Positions 22,101-32,461 are shown, counted from the stretch's first letter. The stretch is DNA of 64,000 nucleotides from an uncultured bacterium (GCA_943788175.1 CALSPG010000002.1:1-64000), one strand, 5' to 3'. Translations and numbers: made by a program. Notes: generated from the letters alone by a model not told the origin.

Positions 22101-22429
22101 TTCTGAGGTTCAGATCCCGCTCCCATGCTTTGAGGCCAAGAATGCTCACAATTCATGTTAAAAGCATTTGTTTGCGGTCTAGGGTCTTGAGCGGGGTCGA
22201 TAAAAATTGTATAATTAGTATAAATGCCTTTAAGTGAGTTATCATCTTCTAAATCGATTATTGAATACATTACATCTCTTGCATTGTTGTATCCTAAAGT
22301 TGATGATGACTTATAATTTAAAATAACATAGTCTAAAAGTGGCTGACCTGCAGTACCAACTCCGATAATAATTTCTTGTGAAGAAGATATTGAGCAAAAG
22401 AATAAAATGCCGGATAAATAATTCTTCAT
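19169..22429 (-). CDS. Modular secreted protein: endonuclease I + beta-helix + leucine-rich repeats + T9SS/FlgD-Ig tail
   Basis: NCEHSWPQS..SDLHHL..NSSRGN..FEPRE.VKGNIAR (EndA-like); GDGSEQNPFATIQ; IPPEIGNLINL repeats; CTD. Confidence 0.85.
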   Translation of the reverse strand: MKNYLSGILFFCSISSSQEIIIGVGTAGQPLLDYVILNYKSSSTLGYNNARDVMYSIIDLEDDNSLKGIYTNYTIFIDPAQDPRPQTNAFNMNCEHSWPQSMGAGSEPQKSDLHHLYPARGNVNSSRGNKHFADIDDNDTDKWWRFDYYETSIPNEFIDEFSEVDNGNGVFEPREDVKGNIARSMFYFYTMYNDVADTNFFNIQKETLYDWHRQDPVDANELNRTLAIAGYQENKPNPYVVDSTLVRRIWFEEESKSTWYISIDGSDNTGDGSEQNPFATIQNGVDSANDNDTIFVSAGLYFENINWSMANNIRLIGSHMDSTVIDGEGVGKVIDNSDETAHPIEISNLTIQNGYSTGKGGGISLKMVGDILLKNIKVDNNQARNGAGIYIEGEGSASSIPTTLNIENSVISNNSATTYGGGISLSGAIISSIMKNVTVVNNSAVDGGGGISAGSMGDYAIVVNSIFWNNQPTNADGMIFPYYSNIDIPIGINNLYTDPLFVEGDTNFNLSDSSPCIDAGTNFLVVDLSNQMLPGPVPDTLVNLSPDSYIGIKPDMGAFESAFISVESCIANDGTVGVELWGECYSIDETTNITLSGNPVSGILDLGVIPAQIGNLINLDTLSCQFCGFSGSIPPEIGNLINLKSLSIVFSGLTGSIPSEIGNLSNLESLTLHSNQLTGAIPPEIGNLTSLSILHLNENSLSGELPSEIYNLINLRGGHSSGAGPLGWTNGLDVSRNLLSGEISSGIGNLINVVSMNFSQNQFTGSIPAEIGNLNNLWGLALDSNQLSGLIPIELWDQLNYIEILDLSFNQFSGGIPENICSMSIPGVTFDISNNQLCPPYPSCIEDHIGEQDTLACIPSWNFSISEPSIQISGDDNDWNPGESLQIEMDFCNNSDIAHGWYPGLVLEADTNLVSISNDHFWFFGMPGNSCNMVPFDILADSTINFDTLVTFIAYAEALNCQNQPEYCIFGDTLTFQVSLLGEDVLSAQELDMPMAFSLHQNYPNPFNPITLLRYDLPNDGLVNITIYDMMGRIVKTLVNGSQTAGFKTIQWNATNNKNEPVPAGLYLYTIQTEEFRQAKKMVLLK

Positions 22430-22726
22430 TTATTCTTCCTCATCATTACTTTTTCGATTATGAGTACTAAAATATTTTTTATAGTTTAATATCATCGTCT
22501 GCAATGTAGCCTTGCTCGCTAGTTGACAACAGTTTTTTTCTGTAAGATTTTATGCTTAAAGTATTTAGTTCTTCTGCAATAACTTTACTTTAAAAGTCGT
22601 TCATAAATAATTAAAGTAATACTTTAGATAAATATTTTTAAATAATATAATATTAAATCATAAGGATTTATAATTATTCCTGTTCGTACCTGTCTAAATT
22701 ATATATCAATATAATTCTAAGATTCA

Positions 22727-23974
22727 TTAAAGTTTCTTAACCCATCCTAATCTGGGAAGATTTGATTTTTCTCTTTTACTTTCATAATTATATATTTTTC
22801 TACCTAACTCAGATAAAAATGGAATAGAAATACTATCATAATCATACATATTATCGTTCATCACTTCATTACTATTGCTGTACAAAACGGCTGTCAAAAA
22901 AAACTCAATATTATTATCAATATCAACTATGTATGCATTATCTAAAGCAAAACCATAAGCTAAACCAATTTTATTAAAAATTTTAATGTGATTTGGCATT
23001 TCTTTCTTGGTATCACCGAACATAAAAAACTTGCAATATCCATCGTAATATTTATCATAATCTGCATAACGAGGATAATCACTTTGCCTTGGTAGAATAG
23101 ACATTTCTCTGCGAAGCAATGATAAATCATCATCACTTAAATTGAACCTTTCGTCAGTTTGGTATGTCTCTGGGAACATAACTTTTTTTATTAATTCATG
23201 TTGGTCATATAAATCCATAAAATTTTTATTTCTAAAGTTCGAAGGTCCTATTTTCTTTTTTTTACCTACATAATGGTTTTTCCCAATGAAGAGATTGTTA
23301 CTATTGACATCTAACGCTAGCTGAGCAAATCTACTTTGCTGATGGTACAAAATTGTAGAATCTTCATAAAAAGTTATTGGGCTTGTGACTTTATTTTCTT
23401 TTTCATTTAACTGTAGAGATAATCGATGTCTCATTCTTACACTTTTAAGCCCGATATCCCACAATCTCTTATTAATATAGTCTCGACCGAGGAAATCATA
23501 CATATAATTACTAGAATTATTATCAGAAACCACAAACATTTTCCTAATAGAGTGAGCAATGCTTGGATAACCACTCTTTGAATCCGGGCTAACCAAGACA
23601 CCCATTTTGTAAACGGACCCCGAATCGATCTCAAATCTATTATGTACATTAACTTCTTTTAATAAATTTGCTTTTTCGATAGCTAATACTGCAATTGGAA
23701 GTTTAATAGCACTAGCTGGATAAAAATAATCATTAGTATCTAGACCAAAAGAATAAGTCTTAAAAATTGGTTCATTCGCTCCCTCTCTATCTATTTGAGT
23801 ATATAAAATTTGAAGCTTATGTTTTTTTGGATTTCGAACTACATCAGAAAATTTAGATTCCATAGACGAAATTATTTTTGGTAAGGGATTATCACTTTGA
23901 TTAAAATGACAAGACATAAGACCAATGGAAATTAAATAAACTAGATAGTTTTTTTGAGACAACTCTTTAAACAA
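22727..23974 (-). CDS. Serine hydrolase, class A beta-lactamase-like fold
   Basis: PASAIK (SxxK), SDN, NKIG motifs. Confidence 0.8.
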   Translation of the reverse strand: MFKELSQKNYLVYLISIGLMSCHFNQSDNPLPKIISSMESKFSDVVRNPKKHKLQILYTQIDREGANEPIFKTYSFGLDTNDYFYPASAIKLPIAVLAIEKANLLKEVNVHNRFEIDSGSVYKMGVLVSPDSKSGYPSIAHSIRKMFVVSDNNSSNYMYDFLGRDYINKRLWDIGLKSVRMRHRLSLQLNEKENKVTSPITFYEDSTILYHQQSRFAQLALDVNSNNLFIGKNHYVGKKKKIGPSNFRNKNFMDLYDQHELIKKVMFPETYQTDERFNLSDDDLSLLRREMSILPRQSDYPRYADYDKYYDGYCKFFMFGDTKKEMPNHIKIFNKIGLAYGFALDNAYIVDIDNNIEFFLTAVLYSNSNEVMNDNMYDYDSISIPFLSELGRKIYNYESKREKSNLPRLGWVKKL

Positions 23975-24002
23975 CTATACCTTTGAACAAAAATAAAGAA
24001 CT

Positions 24003-24386
24003 TTAGAATAACGCTGCATAGTATGCTACAACAGTTAAGGCAAAAAGTAGAATCATCGGCGGAATTGGTAAGTCACCAAACCCTCTAATTTTTCCAGAGA
24101 TTAATGATAGATTAACAATCAGTATTCCTGTGCCAAGGGAAAGTAGCACTATGCTTGCATATTCAGAAGGTAGGTTTCTGCTATATATAGCAACCATTCC
24201 AAGGGCGAACCCAAATCCTCCATTAGCTGCTCTAAACATTGCAGCTACATTTACAGCATCGGACGGTAGGTCAGGAGAAGTCTTTTCATTCACGACCTTA
24301 GGTATAGCAATGAAAACCACTCCAATAAAAGTCAAAACAACACCAATAATAGTTAACGCAATGCTCGTATCCACGTTTTCCTCCAT
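24003..24386 (-). CDS. Membrane protein
   Basis: 4 TM segments; start uncertain. Confidence 0.65.
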   Translation of the reverse strand: MEENVDTSIALTIIGVVLTFIGVVFIAIPKVVNEKTSPDLPSDAVNVAAMFRAANGGFGFALGMVAIYSRNLPSEYASIVLLSLGTGILIVNLSLISGKIRGFGDLPIPPMILLFALTVVAYYAALF

Positions 24387-24542
24387 TTGTTTTTTTGTAA
24401 TTAGCACTTACAACATACAAAGACTTTTTCAATAATGTTATTAAGCAGTGGTTACTTCTTGCGAATTCATAGCATTATAGACACATAGCTATGATAGTAA
24501 TTTTTGTCATTTATTCTTTTTATGTGCTTAGAAACGCAATAA

Positions 24543-24735
24543 CTATTTTAGACGCACCATTTTTCTGGTATGTCTAAACTCTCCTGCTTGGATGGTTTAT
24601 TAATATAACCCTATAGAAACGAGCTCATTTCTTTCATTGGTGACAAAACATTAAACTGAGTTAAATCTTTAGGGTTAAGAGCCATTTACAAGCGTTTGAA
24701 CTATACTTCCCATCATAACGTAGACTGTTAATTAC
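24543..24735 (-). pseudogene. Decayed relic of the T9SS/FlgD-Ig C-terminal tail
   Basis: gcaccatttttctggtatgtctaaactctcctgcttggat...gagccatttacaagcgtttgaactat...cccatcat aligns by eye with intact tails; no open frame seen. Confidence 0.8.
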
Positions 24736-24764
24736 CAAATAATGTCTGTGAGTAATAACAAAGA

Positions 24765-26618
24765 CTAGTGAAAGTAGATCAACTTTTTTGTTTCCGTTAT
24801 TTCATTTTTCCATATTAGTGAATAAAAATAAATGCCAGAGGACACTCTTTCCCCCATAGTGTTTTTACCATTCCATTTAAAAACATGATATCCCGGAAAT
24901 AATTCATCATCTAATAATGTAATTATATTTTCACCGCTCAAAGACCAAACTATCAGTTTTACATCGCGCTTGAATGAAGAGGTTATCATAATCCTTGTGC
25001 CTTTTTTGAAAGGGTTAGGATAATTTTGAGATAACTGGAATATTTTTTCTGAATTGTTATTTTCAGGATTAAATACGACGATATTGGACATATCAGACTC
25101 TTTCCAAAAACGATTTGCTGACGTAGAGAAATAAAATTTCTTTTCAGATGTATCTATACTGCTCGTTTCCAACAGAATCACAAACGGATCTTTAGCAAAT
25201 TGAATATCAATTACCTCGGAGGTTTCTTGATTGGCAGTCGGGCTGTCAGAAGCGTAGGTAATGATCCATTGGGACTCAACTATATCTGTTGGAAATACAT
25301 CTAACTGGACAATACCATTTTCAGATGAAAGAACAATTACAGGTGGTGATTTTATTTCTGAATTAAATCCATGAGGGTTTATTTTAATTTTTGTTTTATT
25401 ATCGAAAAAAGTCTCCCCTGCTGACAGGAAGTAATCTTTGTCACGCCATGTGGCATAACTAAAGAATTGATAACCATCCACCCAGTCGATTCCCCTGACT
25501 GAGTTGATAATATCAGGATGATTATTCCAGACATCACTCGACTCTAAAATATAGGACCCAGGGCCAACTGTAAAACCCCTACCAGATTCAATACCTTCCC
25601 AAATGAATGGCTGCCAACAGTTTGGACAATCGTTTGATAGCATGCCTAAAAATCCCTGAGCAGTTGTCCAGTGATAACTCATTGGCATTAAATGATCTAA
25701 ATAGCCTTCGTTGTACCACAAAGCCGCATCTTGATAAACGGTTCCATACCCCTGCCACCCAGACCAATTATATTTACCTAAAACAGCAGCGCTTAACTTA
25801 ACATGTGGTTTTACACTCTGAATTGAATCATGTAAAGTCCTAACAAAAGTTGTAACGCTCCATCTCCACCACTCTTCCCAAGACGCGAATCCATCTGGCA
25901 CACCGGCTGAGTATGGATGTTGATAATCATAAAGATATCTATCAGACGCATTTGAGTTTAAATACTCAATTTCATTCTTATTGATTATCCCGTCTAATCG
26001 CTCTAACTCCTGATCAACAGTCAGATTGTTGCGTTGTGAATTTGTATGCTCATTCCACCTTACATAGTCTAAATGCAAACCATCGATATCATAATTACGT
26101 ACAATTTCCATCGCGACATTAATCGTATACTCTCTTACATCCTCAAGTCCAGGTGATATCGACCGATTTGAACTCATCGGAATCCCATTTTGGTCTCTAC
26201 ATATCCATTCTGGATGTTCTGCAGCGGGACTTCCATCATAGGTACTAGATGTTTGAAAAACATTAAACCAAGCATGCAATTCAAGACCTCGTGAGTGAGC
26301 CTCTTCAATAGCAAAAGCTAGAGGATCGTAGCCAGGATATTGATAGCCAGCATAATGCCCCCAAGGCTCATATGAAGACTCATAATATGCAGTTCCACCT
26401 TGACGTACCTGAAAAATAACTGCATTCATTTTGGCATCAACATGATCATCCATAATCTTTCTCAAGCGATACAGGTTCTGGCCACTATTTTCATATCGAT
26501 TAATATGATCCCAGGTAATTACCCAAGTGGAACGAAATTCAGTATTACTGGATGAACTCCACGCTAATGAATTTATAATTAAGAATAAGGACCATACTAT
26601 TCTATTAAAGTAATACAT
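24765..26618 (-). CDS. Glycosyl hydrolase-like 10 (GHL10) protein with divergent FlgD-Ig tail
   Basis: EFRSTWV, NAVIFQVR, YDPLAFAIEEAHSRGLELHAW, YDIDGLHLDY. Confidence 0.9.
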   Translation of the reverse strand: MYYFNRIVWSLFLIINSLAWSSSSNTEFRSTWVITWDHINRYENSGQNLYRLRKIMDDHVDAKMNAVIFQVRQGGTAYYESSYEPWGHYAGYQYPGYDPLAFAIEEAHSRGLELHAWFNVFQTSSTYDGSPAAEHPEWICRDQNGIPMSSNRSISPGLEDVREYTINVAMEIVRNYDIDGLHLDYVRWNEHTNSQRNNLTVDQELERLDGIINKNEIEYLNSNASDRYLYDYQHPYSAGVPDGFASWEEWWRWSVTTFVRTLHDSIQSVKPHVKLSAAVLGKYNWSGWQGYGTVYQDAALWYNEGYLDHLMPMSYHWTTAQGFLGMLSNDCPNCWQPFIWEGIESGRGFTVGPGSYILESSDVWNNHPDIINSVRGIDWVDGYQFFSYATWRDKDYFLSAGETFFDNKTKIKINPHGFNSEIKSPPVIVLSSENGIVQLDVFPTDIVESQWIITYASDSPTANQETSEVIDIQFAKDPFVILLETSSIDTSEKKFYFSTSANRFWKESDMSNIVVFNPENNNSEKIFQLSQNYPNPFKKGTRIMITSSFKRDVKLIVWSLSGENIITLLDDELFPGYHVFKWNGKNTMGERVSSGIYFYSLIWKNEITETKKLIYFH

Positions 26619-26681
26619 GATATATAATTTTTAACTAATTTAATCAATGGATTTAAAAATATATTTTTAAAAAAACTTTAA

Positions 26682-26720
26682 TTAACCAACGAACAAGATG
26701 ATGAATAGATATTTCTTCAT
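26682..26720 (-). repeat. Signal-peptide element, orphan stub (MKKYLFIILFVG*)
   Basis: Immediately follows the NDEEE* stop. Confidence 0.85.
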
Positions 26721-26906
26721 TTATTCTTCCTCATCATTAGCCTCTTTAGATTTAAAATTGTCACTACCAAACTCAAAATAAACTGCCAAAGAGCCTAAAG
26801 CTAAAAATATAGTAGCTGATGAAAATATCTCAGGATCTCTGTAATACTTTATAAAAGAGGTTAAAAGTAATACTGAGCCGATAGCTGATTTTTTAAATGG
26901 ATTCAT
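26721..26906 (-). CDS. Small membrane protein ending NDEEE
   Basis: Two hydrophobic segments. Confidence 0.5.
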   Translation of the reverse strand: MNPFKKSAIGSVLLLTSFIKYYRDPEIFSSATIFLALGSLAVYFEFGSDNFKSKEANDEEE

Positions 26907-27154
26907 TATCAAATCTACAAAAGATAGCGAAATAACTTTGTTGGCAATAACATAGATGCGCGACTAGGCATAACTTGATAATTTAAATTTTTAAAAGAAT
27001 AATTGATACAAAAAGATAGTAGATTATCCATCTAAATAACTTGTGATATAATAATACAATTAATATCCTGAAATATTTATTGTGTTTTTATTAACGAAAA
27101 AAATTACATCCAAAGTTTTATTACTAATTTTTAAAATAATAAAAAGTGAATTAA

Positions 27155-27502
27155 ATGTCCGTTTACATCATTACACTAGTAGAAATATTTAAAATCATAT
27201 TAAGTATATCCTTATTTTTTGTCTGGGTAGTCAGATACGAAAACATGGTTAAAGAATTTGAAGGATACACATTCCCATATTGGTTCCGTGATTTCATAGG
27301 CGTATTAATGTTGTCTTTTTCTGCAATGATTTTAAAAGATAGTAACGATTTAATCATTTTAGGTTGTTTAGGAATTATTGTCCTTATGGTCGGTGCTCTT
27401 TGGACCCATTATATGGTGAAAAACCCATTGCACAAAACAATTCCTGCATTTGCGGTTTTAGGACTATGTTTTTTTATTGTTTACTTTTCATTTAATATAT
27501 AA
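27155..27502 (+). CDS. DoxX-like membrane protein
   Basis: EFEGY..PYWFRDFIG..MVGALWTH pattern. Confidence 0.7.
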   Translation: MSVYIITLVEIFKIILSISLFFVWVVRYENMVKEFEGYTFPYWFRDFIGVLMLSFSAMILKDSNDLIILGCLGIIVLMVGALWTHYMVKNPLHKTIPAFAVLGLCFFIVYFSFNI

Positions 27503-27526
27503 TCTAAATCAAGAATTTATTTTTCA

Positions 27527-28327
27527 TTACTTTAGAAGTACCATCTTCCTTGTCTGCCTAAACTCGCCTGTTTGAATAGCGTAAAGATATAATCCTGCTG
27601 AAACGGGCTCATTTCTGTCATTGGTCGCATTCCATTGGCTCGTCTTATATCCTGCAGTTTGTGAGCTATTTAAAAGCGTTTTAATTAACCTTCCCCTCAT
27701 ATCATAGATAGTGATATTAACTAAACCATCATTTGGCAGATTATATCTTAAAGATGTGACTGGGTTAAATGGATTTGGATAGTTTTGGTGAAGAACGAAT
27801 GCTTCTGGTACTATCTTACCATCAATAGATAATGAAGTATTTTCAATAACGTTTGATTGTCCCGGGTTCGGGTTTGGGAAATATTCCCATATGGCTGAAC
27901 CATCTGGATTGCGCCCATAAGATAAATCATCTGTCTGAGAGCCAAAATCATAGCTAACTACTGGGCTTCCATCTGCGTCTGCTATGTAAATAGTTTCACC
28001 ATTTTTTGATAGCTTTTCATTCACCTCAGGAAAACCATTATTATCTCCGGTATACCAGAGAACGAGAAAATCACCCGGTGCTATACTTGTATCTGGAGCA
28101 ATCGTAGTTATTATTCCATCGGTATCGCTAAAACCCCAACCACTAATATTAACAGTATCAGCTCCGTTATTATAAAGCTCAACAAAGTCTTCAGCATTTC
28201 CATCAAATATCTCAGTGCCACAACAGGTCTCACTGCCAGCTAAAAATTCATTAATTAAAACATATGAACTGTCTAATTGCCCAAAGGCAACTCCAACCAA
28301 TAAAACGATAAATATATATATTTTCAT
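27527..28327 (-). CDS. Lamin-tail-domain secreted protein with T9SS/FlgD-Ig tail
   Basis: VLINEFLA, DFVELYN, SYGRNPDG; starts with the element (MKIYIFIVLLVGVAFG). Confidence 0.85.
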   Translation of the reverse strand: MKIYIFIVLLVGVAFGQLDSSYVLINEFLAGSETCCGTEIFDGNAEDFVELYNNGADTVNISGWGFSDTDGIITTIAPDTSIAPGDFLVLWYTGDNNGFPEVNEKLSKNGETIYIADADGSPVVSYDFGSQTDDLSYGRNPDGSAIWEYFPNPNPGQSNVIENTSLSIDGKIVPEAFVLHQNYPNPFNPVTSLRYNLPNDGLVNITIYDMRGRLIKTLLNSSQTAGYKTSQWNATNDRNEPVSAGLYLYAIQTGEFRQTRKMVLLK

Positions 28328-28514
28328 AGGCATAAAATTACATGATTTTAACACCTACTTTACATATTTAAGTACTTACCATTTCAATAGCATAGATACC
28401 CTACCCATTTAAAGACCATTCGGTGTGGTGTTCGTGTATTCAATTCGTAATTTTTGTAGTATTTTTGCGACTTACCACTTTTGTTTGAACGTCTTGACGA
28501 ATACACCTTTTTAG

Positions 28515-29282
28515 TCAAGCAAAAGGAACAAAGTCTAACAATAAAACATCTCGAAAACCTTCATTAATACCATCAAGTGATTCTATTGGAGAAACACTGT
28601 GCCAAACTGATTTATCAAAATAATATGAATCGAAAAAATCTTCTTGCAACCAACTTATCATCGCCATTTTAGACGGAACTTTACTTCTACCATAAAATAG
28701 ATTTTCACCCAATGCTACATTGTGTCGTTGAATAAGATGCTGTACTGTAAAAGCTTCATTATCTCGATGAATACCCTCAGGCGTCGGCAGACCTGGATTA
28801 CCAGGAAATGATCGAATCTTAATTTGATGTACTCCAATTTTCCAAGATGCATCCTTGCTAGTAATAGAATTAGGCAAATTTCTGAAATCCATCCGTATCA
28901 ATGCATGTAAAAAATGGTTTTCAATGGTTGTATCTAATAATTGGGCAAAGCCCCTTTTAAAACCACCATTAACAGGATTTGCTTCTAAACTTTGATAAAA
29001 TGTATTATCGGATTGATAGGTTAGGTTTAACGTCTTTTGATCTAAATTAAAAACGCCATATCTCCTTAACCGATAGCTGCCATTATCTGCCATATGAAGA
29101 TCTACCTCTAATGTGTTCCAATCATTTATAAAAATTTCACGGGAATCATTTTTAGATTTAGGGAATATAAAATGCTGCGATGGCACAAGAGCAAAACGAT
29201 CCTTAAGAATAATATTAGAGATATCTAATTTGGGTGATAAACTAATAGTGTCACCACGCACCTTAGATGAAATATTATTCAT
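28515..29282 (-). CDS. 2OG-Fe(II) dioxygenase family protein
   Basis: YRLRRY, VHQI, PTPEGIHRD, WHSVSPI, RDVL. Confidence 0.8.
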   Translation of the reverse strand: MNNISSKVRGDTISLSPKLDISNIILKDRFALVPSQHFIFPKSKNDSREIFINDWNTLEVDLHMADNGSYRLRRYGVFNLDQKTLNLTYQSDNTFYQSLEANPVNGGFKRGFAQLLDTTIENHFLHALIRMDFRNLPNSITSKDASWKIGVHQIKIRSFPGNPGLPTPEGIHRDNEAFTVQHLIQRHNVALGENLFYGRSKVPSKMAMISWLQEDFFDSYYFDKSVWHSVSPIESLDGINEGFRDVLLLDFVPFA

Positions 29283-29489
29283 TAGAACCTTAAAGTTAGT
29301 AACTGTTAAATAGCGATATTTTTAATACATACCCTTCATCAATATTTTTAGGCAATTTTATAGGACTGAATTATGAAATGTAAAATTGAAGATATAAATA
29401 AACGATACTAAAGCAATATTTGAACTTACGGACATTATTTCATTCTTTACACTAAGATAAAAAAATATAGTGAAAATAACTTAGATGCC

Positions 29490-30395
29490 TTACCGTTTTA
29501 TAAGATTATTGGAAAAGAACTGCCATATAACCTGATCAATATTTTTACCATTAACACTCAAATTAAACCAGTCGTGTCCTCCATTTATGATTTTATAATG
29601 CTCTAAATACGAAAGATCATTTAAACCAAAATATTCATAGTGATCAATATTATTATTATTACCATCTACAAAATTTTCAATATTAGTGGAATCAGATTGA
29701 TGGTGATTTGACCAATAATGCAGAGTGCTATCGACTGATAAATAATAGTCATTTATTCCATTGTAAGGCCGTGAATTATCAGCAGTTCCATTTATTAAAA
29801 AAATTCCAGTGTTTTCTTGTGGTTGACATAAGCTATCAGACTCCAGAGACATTAATCCAGATACTGGAGCTGCAGCGGAGATTTTACTACTCAAATAACA
29901 AGCTAACGAAATTGATAGATCTCCACCATTTGAATAGCCGCAAGCATATACCTTTTCTAGATCAATATTATAGTTTGAAGAAATATCATCGATTAAAAGA
30001 GATATAAAACCAATATCATCAGCGGTGCCCTTGCTTCCCTCAGTTGCGATCATTGAATTCCAATATGAAGTGCCGTTTAGGTACGAACCTTGCGGATATG
30101 CAACAATAAACCCAGCGGTATCAGCTACCTGATCCATTTTAGAGAGGTACCTCTGACCTGTAGCTGTTCCACTACCACCATGAAAATTAAATACCAACGG
30201 AACAGGAAGATTGCCACTGTAAGAGCTTGGGACATGTAATATATATTCCCTATCAAGCCCATCATGTTCGATTATGATTGCATTTTCATTGCTGACTATA
30301 CCTTTATCCAAATTGTCTTTTTCTTTACTGAATTCTAGCGAGCAAGAGACAAGAATTAATAAAGATAATATGGTTAGTATATATGCTTTTTTCAT
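29490..30395 (-). CDS. PHB-depolymerase/LpqC-like esterase, lipoprotein
   Basis: PLVFNFHG, VAYPQG, GYSNGG, GGHDW. Confidence 0.85.
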   Translation of the reverse strand: MKKAYILTILSLLILVSCSLEFSKEKDNLDKGIVSNENAIIIEHDGLDREYILHVPSSYSGNLPVPLVFNFHGGSGTATGQRYLSKMDQVADTAGFIVAYPQGSYLNGTSYWNSMIATEGSKGTADDIGFISLLIDDISSNYNIDLEKVYACGYSNGGDLSISLACYLSSKISAAAPVSGLMSLESDSLCQPQENTGIFLINGTADNSRPYNGINDYYLSVDSTLHYWSNHHQSDSTNIENFVDGNNNNIDHYEYFGLNDLSYLEHYKIINGGHDWFNLSVNGKNIDQVIWQFFSNNLIKR

Positions 30396-30540
30396 AGATA
30401 TAAAATTACATTAATCATTTAAAAATACGTATGAGTTTTTAGAGGGTAGTGTGTATTGGTTTGAATCTCAAAGTCTTAATAGGAAAGTCTTTAGTAAAAA
30501 AAATTAATATACCAAAGAATGTCATCGAGATTATATCTTA

Positions 30541-30578
30541 AACCCGATCCAATGAAACGATTAATAGATTTTTTTCAT
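30541..30578 (-). repeat. Signal-peptide element, degenerate stub overlapping a CTD stop (TAATG)
   Basis: + strand ccaatgaaacgattaatagatttttttcatta. Confidence 0.75.
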
Positions 30579-32461
30579 TACTTTAACAGCACCATCTTCT
30601 TAGTCTGTCTAAACTCACCTGCTTGAATTGTATAAAGATATAGACCTGCAGATACTGGTTCATTTCTATAATTTGTGGCATTCCACTGGACTGATTTAAA
30701 TCCTGCGGTTTGAGAGCTATTTACAAGTGTTTTAACTATCCTGCCCATCATATCATAAATGGTAATATTTACTAAACCGTGTTCTGGCAGGTCATACCTT
30801 AATGATGTGATTGGATTGAATGGATTTGGGTGGTTTTGATATAACTTAAAAACTGTTGGATTTATTTCATTCTCATTACCAAGAGTTGAAGCACTGATAC
30901 AATCAAATAAAGAGCTGTAAATGAAATCAGAGTAATTCACATCATCTATTATGAACCCACACCCACTAATTAAGCTGCAATGGTTATTTCTCCAGCCATA
31001 TCCTAATACCATTTCACATAATCCAAAATCTACATTAGTTAAATCATTCATACTTCCAGGATTTTCACAAATAAACAGCTCGTCTTCGTAAAAATAATCA
31101 GCGTAGCACCCACCACAATAATTATCATAACATTCAGCATTATCACTTGACGTACAATTTGAAACTGTACAAGGTCCAACAAAACAGCTAACAGGTTGTT
31201 CACACTCATTAGATAGAAAAATTGAGTTTATATTTACAGCACTACATTCCACACATTGAACTGTGTCTCCTTCAATTTCCACAAACCTGTCTAAAAAGTA
31301 TTCAAAGTTTGGGATATTATTCTGATTTGAAACATTGTAAAGAAACTCTCCATTTTCAGATTCTAAATGATACATGCCACAATCATCCATGCAGAAAGAA
31401 GCCTCAGTTTGTCGCAAATAACCAATGTTTGTACTAGGTGGTGGTGGCGGAGGTCCTTGTTCACAATCTAAAGTAGTAACGAACTGAGAGGCATTTTCTG
31501 GGGCAATAAGTAGCGAATCACAATAATCTTCTTCATTTTTAATAAAATAGTTAAGCCAATGTAATGATAATTTCCCAGGATTACCTTCAGACGCACCTGG
31601 CCATTCAGAAGAGCTATGACCTCCGCTACCAATTTCGTACAACATTTTAGTAGTAGTTTCAGGCGTGTTATAATATTGATCTTGACCTAAAAGTCCATCA
31701 TAACTAGGAAGTTCATTTAGCTCATTTTGTCCAGCAATAATTAAAGTAGGAACCGAGTGATCTAAAAATGCAGGTACTAAACATATACAATATTCAGAAT
31801 CAGCGCATAGATCGCAATCTTCAACAATAATCGTTGGGTTTAATGCTATTACAGCAGAAAGTGAAGAATCTAAAACAGCAGATAATTGAACAGCTCCACC
31901 GCTTAATGAATAACCCACAACAGCAAATTCATTTGTATCCAAAGCATTGTATAACTGAGAATTTGTTCTATCATTCTCCATTTTAATGGAACTTATAAGT
32001 TCTAATATTGCCTCTGCTCTATAACCATGACTATCATTTTCAGGATCATTATATTGAATTGTAACAGATACAAATCCATAAGATGTAAAGTAATAAGCCC
32101 AGTTTTCCATGGTTTCCTGATCGCCACCAAATCCAGGGCCTAGAACAATACTTCCAAGATAACCGCTGTATTCTAAGGGATAGTAAATAGTTGCATCAGC
32201 ATATAGATTACCTGATTGCATTCCATCAATCTGGGAGTAAGTGGAGACTTCATAAGGACCATAATTAATATTACCACCACCGCCGCCGCCGATTTCTTGA
32301 CAAATACTTTGTTCAGAATCCCATGTGCAATAATCAGGATACGCGGCACATTCAGTTTGAGTTAAATCACTGCATTCAGAAGAAGCGAAACCAGAAATAA
32401 AAAACAATGTTATAAGATAATATCTTGCATAGCTCAAACAAAATTTCCTTAAATAAAACAT
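30578..32461 (-). CDS. Cutinase/polyester-hydrolase-like alpha/beta-hydrolase + Cys-rich domains + T9SS/FlgD-Ig tail
   Basis: PGF, SYGFV, GYSLSGG, VPTLIIAG, GGH; poly-Pro linker; CTD. Confidence 0.75.
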   Translation of the reverse strand: MFYLRKFCLSYARYYLITLFFISGFASSECSDLTQTECAAYPDYCTWDSEQSICQEIGGGGGGNINYGPYEVSTYSQIDGMQSGNLYADATIYYPLEYSGYLGSIVLGPGFGGDQETMENWAYYFTSYGFVSVTIQYNDPENDSHGYRAEAILELISSIKMENDRTNSQLYNALDTNEFAVVGYSLSGGAVQLSAVLDSSLSAVIALNPTIIVEDCDLCADSEYCICLVPAFLDHSVPTLIIAGQNELNELPSYDGLLGQDQYYNTPETTTKMLYEIGSGGHSSSEWPGASEGNPGKLSLHWLNYFIKNEEDYCDSLLIAPENASQFVTTLDCEQGPPPPPPSTNIGYLRQTEASFCMDDCGMYHLESENGEFLYNVSNQNNIPNFEYFLDRFVEIEGDTVQCVECSAVNINSIFLSNECEQPVSCFVGPCTVSNCTSSDNAECYDNYCGGCYADYFYEDELFICENPGSMNDLTNVDFGLCEMVLGYGWRNNHCSLISGCGFIIDDVNYSDFIYSSLFDCISASTLGNENEINPTVFKLYQNHPNPFNPITSLRYDLPEHGLVNITIYDMMGRIVKTLVNSSQTAGFKSVQWNATNYRNEPVSAGLYLYTIQAGEFRQTKKMVLLK

